Assembly: GCF_018350175.1 (NCBI RefSeq)
Contig: NC_058368.1
Location: 112,842,001-112,906,000 of the forward strand
DNA from: Felis catus
Taxonomy: Eukaryota
Direction of reading: 5' to 3'
DNA length: 64,000 nt
The notes beneath the pieces were generated by a model. The model made no database searches and was not told where the DNA came from. It saw only the letters and a program-made list of their open reading frames with translations. Below are positions 63,251 to 64,000 of the stretch, one piece after another; within the stretch, counting starts at the first letter, position 1, and the number at the start of each line of letters is the position of its first letter. The translations under genes and the position numbers were made by a program.

Positions 63251-64000
63251 ATATTATGATCTTTTGTTAACACCATAATAGACTTTTCTTTCACCTTAAG
63301 TTTGTTGTATTAATTGTGAGAGAATTGCTTTAAAATTTGGTCAGTATCTGGTTAGTATACATTGCGAATGTTTTGTTTTTTTTTTTCTAGAGGACAGAGA
63401 AAATTTTGTTTTCAGTTCTTATAAACTGCATTTTAAAAGAAAAAATGGTTTGTGTGTTTCTTATAGAGTTCTTTGAGTACTTCTTTTGATTTCTCTCCCT
63501 ACTCATACCCTGCCTCTTCCCTTCTCTTATTTTCTCTGATTACTATCCTCCCATAGAATTTGCAGGACAAAATAACTCTGCAATTACATGTTGTAACTGC
63601 TCAATAATTGCAAGCACAGTGCTTGAATGCTTCACACAATGGGATGGTACAAAAACAGGACCCCTTCAGATAATCTCTGCTGGAGATATTTATTATCAGA
63701 CAGATGTGAATACAGTCATCTGGAAAGTTTATAAATTAATTCAAAGGATGTTGAGTGAGAGCGGCCTAAGTCTCATGGTCCACAAATCCGCAAGCAAATG
63801 AGAATGATAAAATACAAAACACACGGAGGCAGCATTTGATTGATGCTGACATGAAAGAAGGTTTGGGGGAAGGAGGCTGAAGGGCACCGGGTAAGGCCAA
63901 GTCTTGTTGGGCAATCCGACTACTAAGAACTAGGAGGGAGTAAACAGCCTACTCAATTAAGGGCTGGTGGAAACCAATCAGCTGCTGTCTGAGCACATTT

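Overview
Mammalian, carnivore (most likely felid) non-coding DNA, either intergenic or deep intronic. I can support no host protein-coding exon: every recognisable ORF is a broken LINE-1 piece, and the rest come from SINEs, low-complexity sequence or chance. The window holds about 25 tRNA-derived carnivore SINEs (CanSINE; several young and CpG-rich with intact target-site duplications, TSDs), two distinct young L1 3'-UTR lineages, older L1 fragments, MIR/L2, ERVL/MaLR solo LTR remnants and DNA-transposon fossils. The best signals are products of the L1 machinery acting on cellular RNAs or on itself: (1) a full-length U6 snRNA fused to about 4.3 kb of L1 (U6/L1 chimera, minus strand, 39513-43953) with a CpG-decayed TSD; (2) a 38-40 nt tailless vault-RNA 5' fragment with a perfect TSD inside a MIR (19761-19800); (3) a twin-primed L1 with a probable short 3' transduction, nested in an older L1 (24566-25153); (4) an L1 with a forward-inverted-forward rearrangement (2591-2676); (5) a second, nearly lossless twin-primed insertion (62701-62954). 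These belong to known classes of events. The individual loci may be unannotated, but I see no evidence of a wholly new biological system. Repeat family names come from recall of consensus sequences, not from a search, and boundaries of old repeats are approximate.
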